In this document: positions 19,527-28,024 of the stretch, piece by piece
Layout: the number at the start of each line of letters is the position of its first letter
Numbering within the stretch: position 1 is the stretch's first letter
Assembly: GCA_042569985.1 (NCBI GenBank)
Contig: JBHPHB010000004.1
Span: 1-44,069, forward strand
DNA: 44,069 nt
Reading direction: 5' to 3'
Source: Spirochaetota bacterium
GTDB lineage: Bacteria; Spirochaetota; UBA4802; UBA5550
Position numbers and translations under genes: made by a program
The notes under the pieces: generated by a model
What the model was told of the DNA's origin: nothing
Databases searched by the model: none
The model's input: the letters and a program-made list of their open reading frames with translations, nothing else

Positions 19527-21041
19527 ATGACAAAGAAAAAAGAAATAGTAAAAGAGCTGAAAGGAGAAATTTCATATCTTCGCTCAATAATTGATGCCTA
19601 TGAGAATTTAACTGTACTGAGGGAAAAGGAGATCGAAGATGCCCGGTCAACCATCGATGCTTTTGAGAAAATTTCCGGACTAAGGGATAAAGAAATAGTA
19701 GATTCAAAGTCTACTGTTGAAGCCTATGAGAAAGTTTCAACTCTAAGCAAAAAGGAGATCGAAGAGGCCAGGCTAACAATCATGGCCCTGGAAAAGACTT
19801 TAGGCTTCAGTAACAGGGAGATTGGTGAAGCTAAATCCACAATTAATGCTTTTGAAAAGATGTCGGACTTACAGCTTAAAGAGATTAGCGAAGCCAAGTC
19901 AACGATAGATGCATATGAAAAAATTTCAGAATATACGCGCAAGGAGTATATAGATTTAGTTGAACGTGTAGGGAAAGTTCGTAAGTTTTCTCACCCCATT
20001 CAGAAAAAGATGGTAAGAATATTAGATGAAGACCATAAAAACGAAAGCCATATTTTGATGAAATTAAACCTTTTAAAGGTTGAAGACGATTCACCAAATT
20101 TCTACTCCCATCTCTTTTATGTTCTCACCAATCTTAAATTTGATGAACAGACCGCAAGAGAATATTGGGAAGATATTATTCAGCTCAATGATGAAAGCAG
20201 TAAAAAACTGGGCCGCCATATTTCGTTCAGGGTGTCCCTCCTTGATTATTTTGTTGGTAAGAATAAACATTTAAGGAACCCCAAAATTATTGAGTTTAAA
20301 TTTTACGAGTCTGTCATGGAGATTGAAGGTGACCTGGAAGTTGCTCGGCTTATCCAGGAGAAGTTATTTCCCAAGAAAATGCCTTCAGTACCGGGCTATA
20401 ATTTCTATGCAAGATATATTTCCATGGATAAGGTGGGCGGTGATTTTTATGACGTAAAGGAGAGTGGTGACCTGATTAAAATTTTCATGAGTGATGTTTC
20501 CGGACATGGGCTTGTAAGCTCATATTTAGCCCAGATTGCAAAGATATCCCTTGACAGTGTGCCGGAAAAAATGTCTCCCAGGGAAGCCCTGACCTTAATT
20601 AACGAATCAATTTGCAAGTATACGGTTAACTTTAATTATATCACATCATATTTAGTTGAAATAAATTTCAAAAAAAATACGGTTAGATACAGCAATGCAG
20701 GGCATGTTCCTCCGGTCCTTTACAGGGCGAAAAGTGATGAGTTTTTTGAGCTTAAGGTTAAAGGCCAACCGCTTGGCTGGTTTGAAGAACTTGACCTTGA
20801 AGAGGGCGAGATGGATTTACAGCCCGGAGACAGGCTTGTCATATATACTGACGGCATTACTGAATGCTGCAACCCAGAAGATGTAATGTTCGGTATGGAC
20901 AGTTTTAAGGAATTTATAAGGTCAAACAAAGATCTTTCACCTGAAGATCTGTCCAGTGAGATTATTAAACACCTCATGTGCTATTCAAGCCGGGATAGTT
21001 TTAATGATGACATTGCTTATGTAATAGTAGATGTTTTGTAG
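19527..21041 (+). CDS. PP2C/SpoIIE (RsbU-like) phosphatase with 21-aa repeat coiled-coil N-terminus
   Basis: VGGDFYD, DVSGHG, NAGH, YTDGITE and DDI motifs; six 21-aa repeats at residues 18-143. Confidence 0.9.
   Translation: MTKKKEIVKELKGEISYLRSIIDAYENLTVLREKEIEDARSTIDAFEKISGLRDKEIVDSKSTVEAYEKVSTLSKKEIEEARLTIMALEKTLGFSNREIGEAKSTINAFEKMSDLQLKEISEAKSTIDAYEKISEYTRKEYIDLVERVGKVRKFSHPIQKKMVRILDEDHKNESHILMKLNLLKVEDDSPNFYSHLFYVLTNLKFDEQTAREYWEDIIQLNDESSKKLGRHISFRVSLLDYFVGKNKHLRNPKIIEFKFYESVMEIEGDLEVARLIQEKLFPKKMPSVPGYNFYARYISMDKVGGDFYDVKESGDLIKIFMSDVSGHGLVSSYLAQIAKISLDSVPEKMSPREALTLINESICKYTVNFNYITSYLVEINFKKNTVRYSNAGHVPPVLYRAKSDEFFELKVKGQPLGWFEELDLEEGEMDLQPGDRLVIYTDGITECCNPEDVMFGMDSFKEFIRSNKDLSPEDLSSEIIKHLMCYSSRDSFNDDIAYVIVDVL
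19578..19955 (+). repeat. Six intragenic 63-bp (21-aa) tandem repeats
   Basis: Consensus A(K/R)STI(D/N)A(Y/F)EK(I/M)SxLxxKEIx(E/D). Confidence 0.85.
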
Positions 21042-21044
21042 GTA

Positions 21045-22202
21045 TTATTCTGCAACTTTGTAAACACTGTTTTTAAAGTACCGGCAACTTTCTGAAAGGT
21101 CATCACCCTGCCGGAAAAGGTCCCCACCGATAAGGAAGATGATGTCATTATTGTATACGTCCAGTATCTCCGGAATTCTGTCTACCCTCATACCTCCTCC
21201 TGGAATGGGGAATATGGGTTTTATGTTACCCATGTCACTTTTACAGCCTCTATTGACACTTTTACACTCCTCACGCGTAAAGGAAAACCTGCCTCCGCAA
21301 TAGGGATGGATGCTCCCGTCGGCACCTGAAATTCTGGACAATTGACCAAAAATTGCATAGTGGGATATGCCATTTGTTGGACTGGTTACATAACTTCCCT
21401 GCAGGGCGGGATGGGATAGGAGTGGAAGGCCAATGCTGTCATCACTGGCAATTTCACGCATTGCATCCAGCCCCGTAATTCCGGGAGAAATTACCAGGGC
21501 GCCTGCACCCAGTTCTTTTGCCGTCCTTGCCCTTTTAATTATTTTATCAAAGGGAGCAGTTATGTTAGGTGCATATAGTGTGTTACCGCCTGTTTCACTG
21601 TTCGCCTTTTGCACAGATTCAGTAACACATTCCACTCTTTTTTGGAAAGAGCAGAAGTCCTGGTTGGCGAGGCCATGGTCGTCCTTAATAATATCAATAC
21701 CGCCAAGCGCAAAATGGTATGCCAGGCCTCCAAGGTCTTTTGGAGAAAGTCCCATTGGCTTTAATGGTGTACATAAAAGGGGCATTTCGGGAATGTCAAG
21801 TATACTTCTTAAACCCTCTATCCCAAATCTTGGCCCTGTGAATATTTCATAGAGGCCTTTAGATAAGTTTATCCTCTCCAGTTTCCTGTAAGGTTTTATG
21901 CTTATATTTCCAAAAATTACATTTAAAAACTGTGTTAATTCCTTTCCTGCAATTTCCGATGAAAAACTTATTTCTGTCTCAAAAATTTTCTCATCAATCT
22001 TTTTGAAATTTTCAATCCTGCCGAATATATGATTACGGATGAAGCTTTGAGGTATGAGGTCTTCGGGGAATTCTACTGTCTGTTCAATGGTAATATCTTC
22101 CGCCATCTCACGGGTATCCTCTTCGTTTCCAAAAAGATGGTAAATTACAGAGAAACGCTCTTTTGAAAGTTCCGGGATTGATGTAATTTTTATTTCAGAC
22201 AT
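21045..22202 (-). CDS. RubisCO-like protein (form IV, KDDH type)
   Basis: IEQT, FGNIS, LKPMGLS, GGIDIIKDDHGL, SHPA, GGRF, PGGG, LIGG; ATG at 22202 lies 1 bp after the transketolase stop. Confidence 0.92.
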   Translation of the reverse strand: MSEIKITSIPELSKERFSVIYHLFGNEEDTREMAEDITIEQTVEFPEDLIPQSFIRNHIFGRIENFKKIDEKIFETEISFSSEIAGKELTQFLNVIFGNISIKPYRKLERINLSKGLYEIFTGPRFGIEGLRSILDIPEMPLLCTPLKPMGLSPKDLGGLAYHFALGGIDIIKDDHGLANQDFCSFQKRVECVTESVQKANSETGGNTLYAPNITAPFDKIIKRARTAKELGAGALVISPGITGLDAMREIASDDSIGLPLLSHPALQGSYVTSPTNGISHYAIFGQLSRISGADGSIHPYCGGRFSFTREECKSVNRGCKSDMGNIKPIFPIPGGGMRVDRIPEILDVYNNDIIFLIGGDLFRQGDDLSESCRYFKNSVYKVAE

Positions 22203-22203
22203 A

Positions 22204-23211
22204 TTATAATGCCTCGGCTTTTGCTTCACTGTGTACAGATTCAATGCGTATTTCTGAAAGTTCATCTTCGGTAATGTTAAATGTATTTCCCGTTAACCTT
22301 TCTACACGGGATGCCAGGGATAGGGCGTCAATTTCATACTCTTTCATCAGGTATTGTTTGCTTGCCCCGTGAGTAAAAACATCTTTTATACCGATTTTGA
22401 TGAGTTTTTTGCCAACTCCATTTTCCGCCATCATTTCGGCAACAGAGGTGCCCAGGCCGCCAATGACAGTATGATTCTCCATAGTGATTATTCCGTACTT
22501 TGGTCTTGTGATCGCATCAATTATTTGGGGGTCATCAAAGGGCTTAAGGGTTGATACATGGTAATGGTCTATAGAAACTCCCCTTTTCTGCAATGCCGTA
22601 ACCGCTCTAATTGCTTCTTCTGTACATATACCGCTGGAAAGGAGGAGTATATCGCTTCCCTTCTCCAGTTTGCGTGCCTTGCCCAATTCCATTTTATCCT
22701 TAGAATGAAAAAGTCTGGGTATTTCTCCTCTTAGCATTCTAATGTAAACGGGGCCATTAATTTTATAGACAACGTCAAGAATTGACTCTACGTCAGTTGC
22801 ATCACCGCATTCAAGTATTGTCATGTTCGGTAGAGAACGCATAATTGATATGTCTTCTATTGCCTGATGTGTTGCGCCTCCCGGTGTTGTTATTCCCGGC
22901 AGAAAACCGAACATCATTACGGGAAGGTTGGGATAGGCAATGGACATTGCTACCTGATCGTATGCCCTGCGGTAAATAAAAACTGCAAAGGTATGAATAA
23001 AGGGGATAAAACCTTCACGCGCAAGACCGCCTGCAAAACTGTGCATATTCTGTTCGGCTATGCCCATTGAAAAAAATCTGTCCGGGTAAGTCTTTCTGAA
23101 AAGGTCAATTTCTGTTGAGCTTGTAAGGTCTGCCGAAAGAACAACAATTTCCGGCTTGTCTTTGGCCCATTTTACAAGATTATTTGTATGGATTTTTGTC
23201 AGTATCTCCAT
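22204..23211 (-). CDS. Transketolase family, C-terminal (Pyr + C domain) subunit
   Basis: LSADLTSST, MGIAEQNM, RAYDQV, GATHQAIED, GPVYIR, ENHTVIGGLG. Confidence 0.92.
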   Translation of the reverse strand: MEILTKIHTNNLVKWAKDKPEIVVLSADLTSSTEIDLFRKTYPDRFFSMGIAEQNMHSFAGGLAREGFIPFIHTFAVFIYRRAYDQVAMSIAYPNLPVMMFGFLPGITTPGGATHQAIEDISIMRSLPNMTILECGDATDVESILDVVYKINGPVYIRMLRGEIPRLFHSKDKMELGKARKLEKGSDILLLSSGICTEEAIRAVTALQKRGVSIDHYHVSTLKPFDDPQIIDAITRPKYGIITMENHTVIGGLGTSVAEMMAENGVGKKLIKIGIKDVFTHGASKQYLMKEYEIDALSLASRVERLTGNTFNITEDELSEIRIESVHSEAKAEAL

Positions 23212-23215
23212 TAAA

Positions 23216-24127
23216 TTATTCCTTACCTTTCATATCCTTTAGTGCTTGAGCGTATAGTTCTTTTTCATCGGGGCTTTTAAACCTTAAGTAATGAAGTTTC
23301 GGAGCATTTGCCCGCAACGGTTCCAACCCTCTGCAGGGATCCGTTTGCGCAAGCACAACCAGGGGCCTTCCGTCGGGTGGGAGTTCTGATGGTTTTGTAA
23401 GTGCCTCGATGTCGTGGCCGTCAACAGAAAAGACCCTTGCACCGAAAGATTCAATGCGTTTGTCAAGAGGTTCAATATTCATTACCTCTGTTATCAGCCC
23501 GTCACACTGCTGGCCATTTACATCGACATATATCCCCATGTTGTCCAGTTTGAAGTTTGACATTACCTGGAGGGCTTCCCATGTCATGCCAATCTGAAAT
23601 TCACCGTCCGACATAAATATCCAGTTCATGCCCTTTTCGCCCTTGAGCTTTCTTGCAAGTGAAATGCCTGCTGCCTGGCTTAGTCCCTGGCCCAGAGAAC
23701 CAGCGGTAACTTCCATGCCCGGGGAGTGTTCCGCGCCGATCATTTCAACACTGCTGCCGTCCCTGTTGAATTTTTCAAGCCCCTTTGTGGACATTCGCCC
23801 CACTTCAATGAGAGCTGCATAAACAGGCAGCGCATAGTGTGATGGAGAAAGGAAAAACCGGTCATAGTCCGGTCCGTGCGGCCCGTTGAATTTTGCGCCG
23901 GTAAAGTATTTATTATTATCTTTTGCTGGGACACCGGGGAAAGGTTCCGGCTCTAAGGGTTTTTCCATATGGGGGAGATTCATTATCTTCAAATATAATG
24001 AAGCCAGAATTTCAGATGATGAGCATGCCTGGCTCATATATCCGCCATTATTGTTAATTGTATGCTCAAGGACCCTTGTACGGATTCCCTTTGCCGCAAT
24101 TTTAATGTTTTCTTTCCATTCTTTCAT
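23216..24127 (-). CDS. Transketolase family, N-terminal (PP domain) subunit
   Basis: DRFFLSPSHY, GSLGQG, TPP motif SDGE..DVN, DGHD. Confidence 0.92.
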   Translation of the reverse strand: MKEWKENIKIAAKGIRTRVLEHTINNNGGYMSQACSSSEILASLYLKIMNLPHMEKPLEPEPFPGVPAKDNNKYFTGAKFNGPHGPDYDRFFLSPSHYALPVYAALIEVGRMSTKGLEKFNRDGSSVEMIGAEHSPGMEVTAGSLGQGLSQAAGISLARKLKGEKGMNWIFMSDGEFQIGMTWEALQVMSNFKLDNMGIYVDVNGQQCDGLITEVMNIEPLDKRIESFGARVFSVDGHDIEALTKPSELPPDGRPLVVLAQTDPCRGLEPLRANAPKLHYLRFKSPDEKELYAQALKDMKGKE

Positions 24128-24207
24128 TTCAATTACTATGGTTTTTGGATGTAAAAAGTGAGTGTAAGTATGTCAACTGAAAAAATTTTTTATATTTAAA
24201 ATTTGAG

Positions 24208-24238
24208 TTTAATAATCCTTTCCCGGCGGGTTATTAAA
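24208..24238. promoter_or_regulatory. Inverted repeat between divergent transketolase-RLP and polyprenyl synthase genes
   Basis: TTTAATAATCC-N9-GGGTTATTAAA, 10 of 11 complementary. Confidence 0.4.
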
Positions 24239-24291
24239 AAAATCTTGCATTTATATATTATAATTATTAAGTGGATGAAATAGTATAATGT

Positions 24292-25287
24292 ATGGTGATT
24301 ACCTTGAATTATGAAACAATTAAATCTTATGCCAAAAAGGTTGATGATTATATCGTAGGCTGTTTTGGTTATAAGCAAGAGGACCTTTGGAAAGCTGCCA
24401 TGCATTATATGGAGGGTGGCGGAAAAAGAATACGTCCATACCTGGCTTTTAAATCATATGAGTTAATTAAGGGCAAACCCGATTTTAAGCTTACCGTTCC
24501 AATTGCATCTGCCATTGAGCTCCTTCATACTTACACTTTAATACATGATGATGTTATGGACAAGGATGAAATTAGAAGGGGCATGCCAACTGTTCATAAA
24601 CGCTGGGGTGAGCCCCTGGCAATTTTATCGGGAGACTTGCTTCTGAGTAAGTCCATGGAATTTGTTAATGATTTGTCTATTGACCCGGAATTAAAAAAAC
24701 TCATTTTTTCTGAGTTTATTCAGGTTGTTGAAGAATTATGCCTGGGCCAGGCCATGGATACTTCCTTTGAAGAATCTCAGGGTGTTAAGCATGAAGATTA
24801 TATTAAAATGATTTCACTGAAAACAGGTTGTTTGATTGAGCGAAGCGCAAGGATCGGTGCACTGGCAGGCGGGGCAATGGACAATGACCTTGGTTCCATG
24901 GGAGCATTTGGCTTAAATGTTGGTATGTCTTTCCAGATTGTTGATGACATTCTGGGAATTGTGGGGGATGCAGAAAAATTCGGGAAACCAATTGGCAGTG
25001 ATCTTGAGAGCGGAAAAAAAACACTTATTGTCATCCATACTGATGAGAATCTGGATGATAAAGAAAGAAAACGTTTTAGGGAAATATTGGCTCTGAGAGA
25101 TAAGAGCGGTCATGATAAAGATGAACTTCTAAAATATATAAACAGCTGCAGATCAATTGAATATGCAAAAAAAATTGCCCAAAACTATTATGACGATGCC
25201 ATTGCCTGCCTCGACAGGTTTACCCATTCTCAGGCAAAGAATGATCTTGTAGAACTTGCCCGGTTAACTTTAGACAGGAAGGTATAA
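24292..25287 (+). CDS. Short-chain polyprenyl diphosphate synthase (GGPP/FPP synthase, IdsA-like)
   Basis: GGKRIRP, first Asp-rich motif YTLIHDDVMD with RRG, GQAMD, KT, second motif FQIVDDILG, GKPIGSDL. Confidence 0.92.
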   Translation: MVITLNYETIKSYAKKVDDYIVGCFGYKQEDLWKAAMHYMEGGGKRIRPYLAFKSYELIKGKPDFKLTVPIASAIELLHTYTLIHDDVMDKDEIRRGMPTVHKRWGEPLAILSGDLLLSKSMEFVNDLSIDPELKKLIFSEFIQVVEELCLGQAMDTSFEESQGVKHEDYIKMISLKTGCLIERSARIGALAGGAMDNDLGSMGAFGLNVGMSFQIVDDILGIVGDAEKFGKPIGSDLESGKKTLIVIHTDENLDDKERKRFREILALRDKSGHDKDELLKYINSCRSIEYAKKIAQNYYDDAIACLDRFTHSQAKNDLVELARLTLDRKV

Positions 25288-25296
25288 TAAATGGGC

Positions 25297-25572
25297 TCAA
25301 CTTTTTTTCTTTTTTTCCTCTTTGAGTTTTTGTTTAGCCTGTTTTTTCATTAATTTTTGAGATTCCTTAGAGACTGATCCCCTTCTCTCAACCACACCTT
25401 CCGTGCTGTCAATTATTTTGCCTTGAGATTTGTATTTTTGACTCTCCCTGATTTCCTTAATTTTTAACCTGGATTCACGGATTTTACTTATTGATGCAAT
25501 AATCCCGATAATTGTTGCGGATATTGCAATAATATACATTATAACTTTCATTAAAGGATTAAAATCATTCAT
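25297..25572 (-). CDS. Small single-TM basic protein
   Basis: 91 aa; N-terminal TM helix followed by Lys/Arg-rich tail. Confidence 0.55.
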   Translation of the reverse strand: MNDFNPLMKVIMYIIAISATIIGIIASISKIRESRLKIKEIRESQKYKSQGKIIDSTEGVVERRGSVSKESQKLMKKQAKQKLKEEKKKKS

Positions 25573-25756
25573 TTTAAACTCGTTGGAATTCCCATTTTTT
25601 TTTTAATTGTCATATTTTTGTTATCCAAATAATTAAATATTGTCAAGAATATTTATTTATGGTTACTTTATTCGCTGTTCATGGATAAAAACTTGACAGG
25701 TAGCTGTGAGACTATTTTATTAAAATCAACTGATAGATGAAATTTTTGAGGTGCAT

Positions 25757-26230
25757 ATGTTTAAAAAAATAAAAAGGGAAAATTCGGCTGATATAAATCC
25801 AATAGTACCAATCCTGGAGGAAAAAATCGGTAAAAACAGCCTCGGGGAGATTGAAATTGCCGCGGCAATACTGGGCCTGGCCGTAGTTTTGATTCAGGCA
25901 GATATGGAGTTCCATGAAAAGGAGAGGGAGTCATTCCTTGATCTTATAGAAAAGGAATGTCGTGTTCCACGCGATCTGGCAGAAGAGATTGCCGAAGAGA
26001 TACTGGAAATTTCCGAGGTAGATTTGGAAACTGCCTATCTTGGTACTTTGCTTGCGGAATCAACAGATGAGGAGAGGCGGGAGGATATACTAATGTCGCT
26101 CTTTTCTATCGCCAGGTCCGATTCGGTTTATGATCCTTACGAAGATAAATATCTAAAAGTAATAAGCAGGCATTTACTCATGGATCATAATGAGTTTATA
26201 GCGGCAAAATTAAAGAGCAAGGAAGAGTGA
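25757..26230 (+). CDS. TerB-like (tellurite resistance/DjlA N-terminal fold) protein
   Basis: ADMEFHEKE and IARSDSVYDPYEDKYL acidic motifs typical of TerB; GAGG RBS; start could be GTG at 25751. Confidence 0.75.
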   Translation: MFKKIKRENSADINPIVPILEEKIGKNSLGEIEIAAAILGLAVVLIQADMEFHEKERESFLDLIEKECRVPRDLAEEIAEEILEISEVDLETAYLGTLLAESTDEERREDILMSLFSIARSDSVYDPYEDKYLKVISRHLLMDHNEFIAAKLKSKEE

Positions 26231-26249
26231 GTGGAACGGATGTTTGTTA

Positions 26250-27059
26250 ATGGGCAAGGAAATGAAAAAAATCAGCTTGGATAATATTATTCCCATTAGG
26301 GCTTTTGGCGATAATTATATCTGGCTTATTACAAACCCCGAAAAGACCAGGGGAATTGTCTTTGACCCCGGCAGCGCACAACCTGTACTTAGTTATCTGG
26401 AAAACAATAATATAGAGCTCTGCGGAATTTGTATTACACATCATCATATGGACCATACGGGAGGCGTGAGCGGCCTTAGATCAAAATATAAAGTGCCTGT
26501 TTATGGCGGGGCAGGGGACGGCATTGGCGGTTTGACGAACCCTTTAAAGGAAAATGATACCATTAGATTCGACGAGATTGATTTATCTTTGAGAGTGATT
26601 GAAACTCCCGGGCATACAAGGGGACATGTTGTCTATTATGCAGAGAAGACGAACCCGCCTCTTTTATTCAGTGGAGATGCCCTTTTCCTGGCCGGATGCG
26701 GCAGGGTTTTTGAGGGAACCTTTGATGGGATGTATGGGTCGCTGTTAAAGTTAAAAAAACTTCCCCGGGAAACCCTGATTTTTTGTGCCCATGAGTATAC
26801 TTTAAGTAACCTGAATTTTGCATCTGCTGTAGAGCCGGGGAATAAGGAGATATTAAACCGCTCAAAGGAAGTTTCTCAAATGGTAAGCAACGGCCGGCCC
26901 AGTGTGCCCGGCTCTGTGGAGGAAGATTTGGCCACAAACCCTTTTTTGCGATGTGATATAATGGATGTAAAAAATGCTGCACAAAAACATTCAGGTGGTA
27001 CATTGAATAGTGAAAGTGCGATATTTGCTGTTTTGCGATCCTGGAAAGATTCATTTTGA
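26250..27059 (+). CDS. gloB: Hydroxyacylglutathione hydrolase (glyoxalase II)
   Basis: DNYIW, THHHMDH, TPGHT, FSGDALFLAGCGR, CAHEYT, TNPFLR; start uncertain (26244-26262). Confidence 0.93.
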   Translation: MGKEMKKISLDNIIPIRAFGDNYIWLITNPEKTRGIVFDPGSAQPVLSYLENNNIELCGICITHHHMDHTGGVSGLRSKYKVPVYGGAGDGIGGLTNPLKENDTIRFDEIDLSLRVIETPGHTRGHVVYYAEKTNPPLLFSGDALFLAGCGRVFEGTFDGMYGSLLKLKKLPRETLIFCAHEYTLSNLNFASAVEPGNKEILNRSKEVSQMVSNGRPSVPGSVEEDLATNPFLRCDIMDVKNAAQKHSGGTLNSESAIFAVLRSWKDSF

Positions 27060-27078
27060 TGAGTTTAATAATTATTTT

Positions 27079-28011
27079 ATGAATGAAGATAAAATTGAAG
27101 TTTTAGTTCCTGAGGAATATCATCTTGAGCGTATTGACATGTTTCTGGCCAATTCACTTGAGTTAGATTTTTCAAGGAGTTATATTCAGAAGCTGATCAA
27201 GAAAAGTAATATTCTTGTTAATGGTGAACCGACAAAGCCAAACTACAAAGTCAAGGAGGATGATGTAATCATAATTGATATTCCTCCCCCTGAACAACTT
27301 GAAGTACTGCCCCAGGATATGCCTGTAAATGTGGTTTACCAGGACAAATGGCTTGCTGTCATAAATAAGCAGCCCGGGCTCGTTGTCCATCCCGGTACGG
27401 GTAATTGGGACAGGACGCTTGTTAATGCCTTGATGTATCACATTAAGGATTTATCCGGCATTGGAGGTGTTATCAGGCCCGGTATTGTTCACCGTCTTGA
27501 CAAGGATACTTCGGGCCTCATGGTAATTGCGAAAAATGATGAAGCACATGAACACCTTGTAAATGAATTTTCCAACAGAAATGTTAAAAAAAAATATTCG
27601 GCCATTGTTGTGGGAAAACCGAAAAAGGAGCATGATACAATTTCACTGCCCATTAAGAGGCACAGGAAATACAGACAAAAAATGACAATTGATGAAACCG
27701 GCAGAGAGGCAGTTACGGAATACAGATTGGAAAAAATCTGGAATAATAAAAATGGGGTATATTCAATGCTCCATCTTGATTTACATACGGGGCGAACACA
27801 TCAGATTAGAGTACATCTGTCTGCGATTGGCAATCCCATTGTTGGTGATTCAATATATTCGAAAAAATGGGCCAAGCACAGGGTTCCATATTTTCTATTA
27901 GCATCAATGGAGCTTGATTTTGCTCATCCCGAGGATAAGCGGAGAGTTTCATTTAGCATAGACCTTCCCGGGCATATGCAGGATTTCATTGATAAGTTGG
28001 AAAAAAGTTGA
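27079..28011 (+). CDS. rluD: RluA/RluD-family pseudouridine synthase with S4 domain
   Basis: RIDMFL S4 domain, NKQPGLVVHPG, HRLDKDTSG, TGRTHQIRVH; ATG at 27079 avoids overlap with gloB. Confidence 0.88.
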   Translation: MNEDKIEVLVPEEYHLERIDMFLANSLELDFSRSYIQKLIKKSNILVNGEPTKPNYKVKEDDVIIIDIPPPEQLEVLPQDMPVNVVYQDKWLAVINKQPGLVVHPGTGNWDRTLVNALMYHIKDLSGIGGVIRPGIVHRLDKDTSGLMVIAKNDEAHEHLVNEFSNRNVKKKYSAIVVGKPKKEHDTISLPIKRHRKYRQKMTIDETGREAVTEYRLEKIWNNKNGVYSMLHLDLHTGRTHQIRVHLSAIGNPIVGDSIYSKKWAKHRVPYFLLASMELDFAHPEDKRRVSFSIDLPGHMQDFIDKLEKS

Positions 28012-28024
28012 ATAAATTTTTAAT

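Noticed and set aside
19578-19955. CRISPR-like periodicity
   Set aside because: The 63-bp period is in-frame protein repeat coding with synonymous variation; no spacers and no cas genes
21045-22202. Bona fide RubisCO and CO2 fixation
   Set aside because: KDDH instead of KDDE, K334 and R295 equivalents lost, and no small subunit or phosphoribulokinase nearby
27010-27078. Extended N-termini given for rluD (also cobT, RLP, trpS, fliK, tatA)
   Set aside because: Extensions overlap neighbouring genes or precede the family's usual start; downstream ATGs fit better
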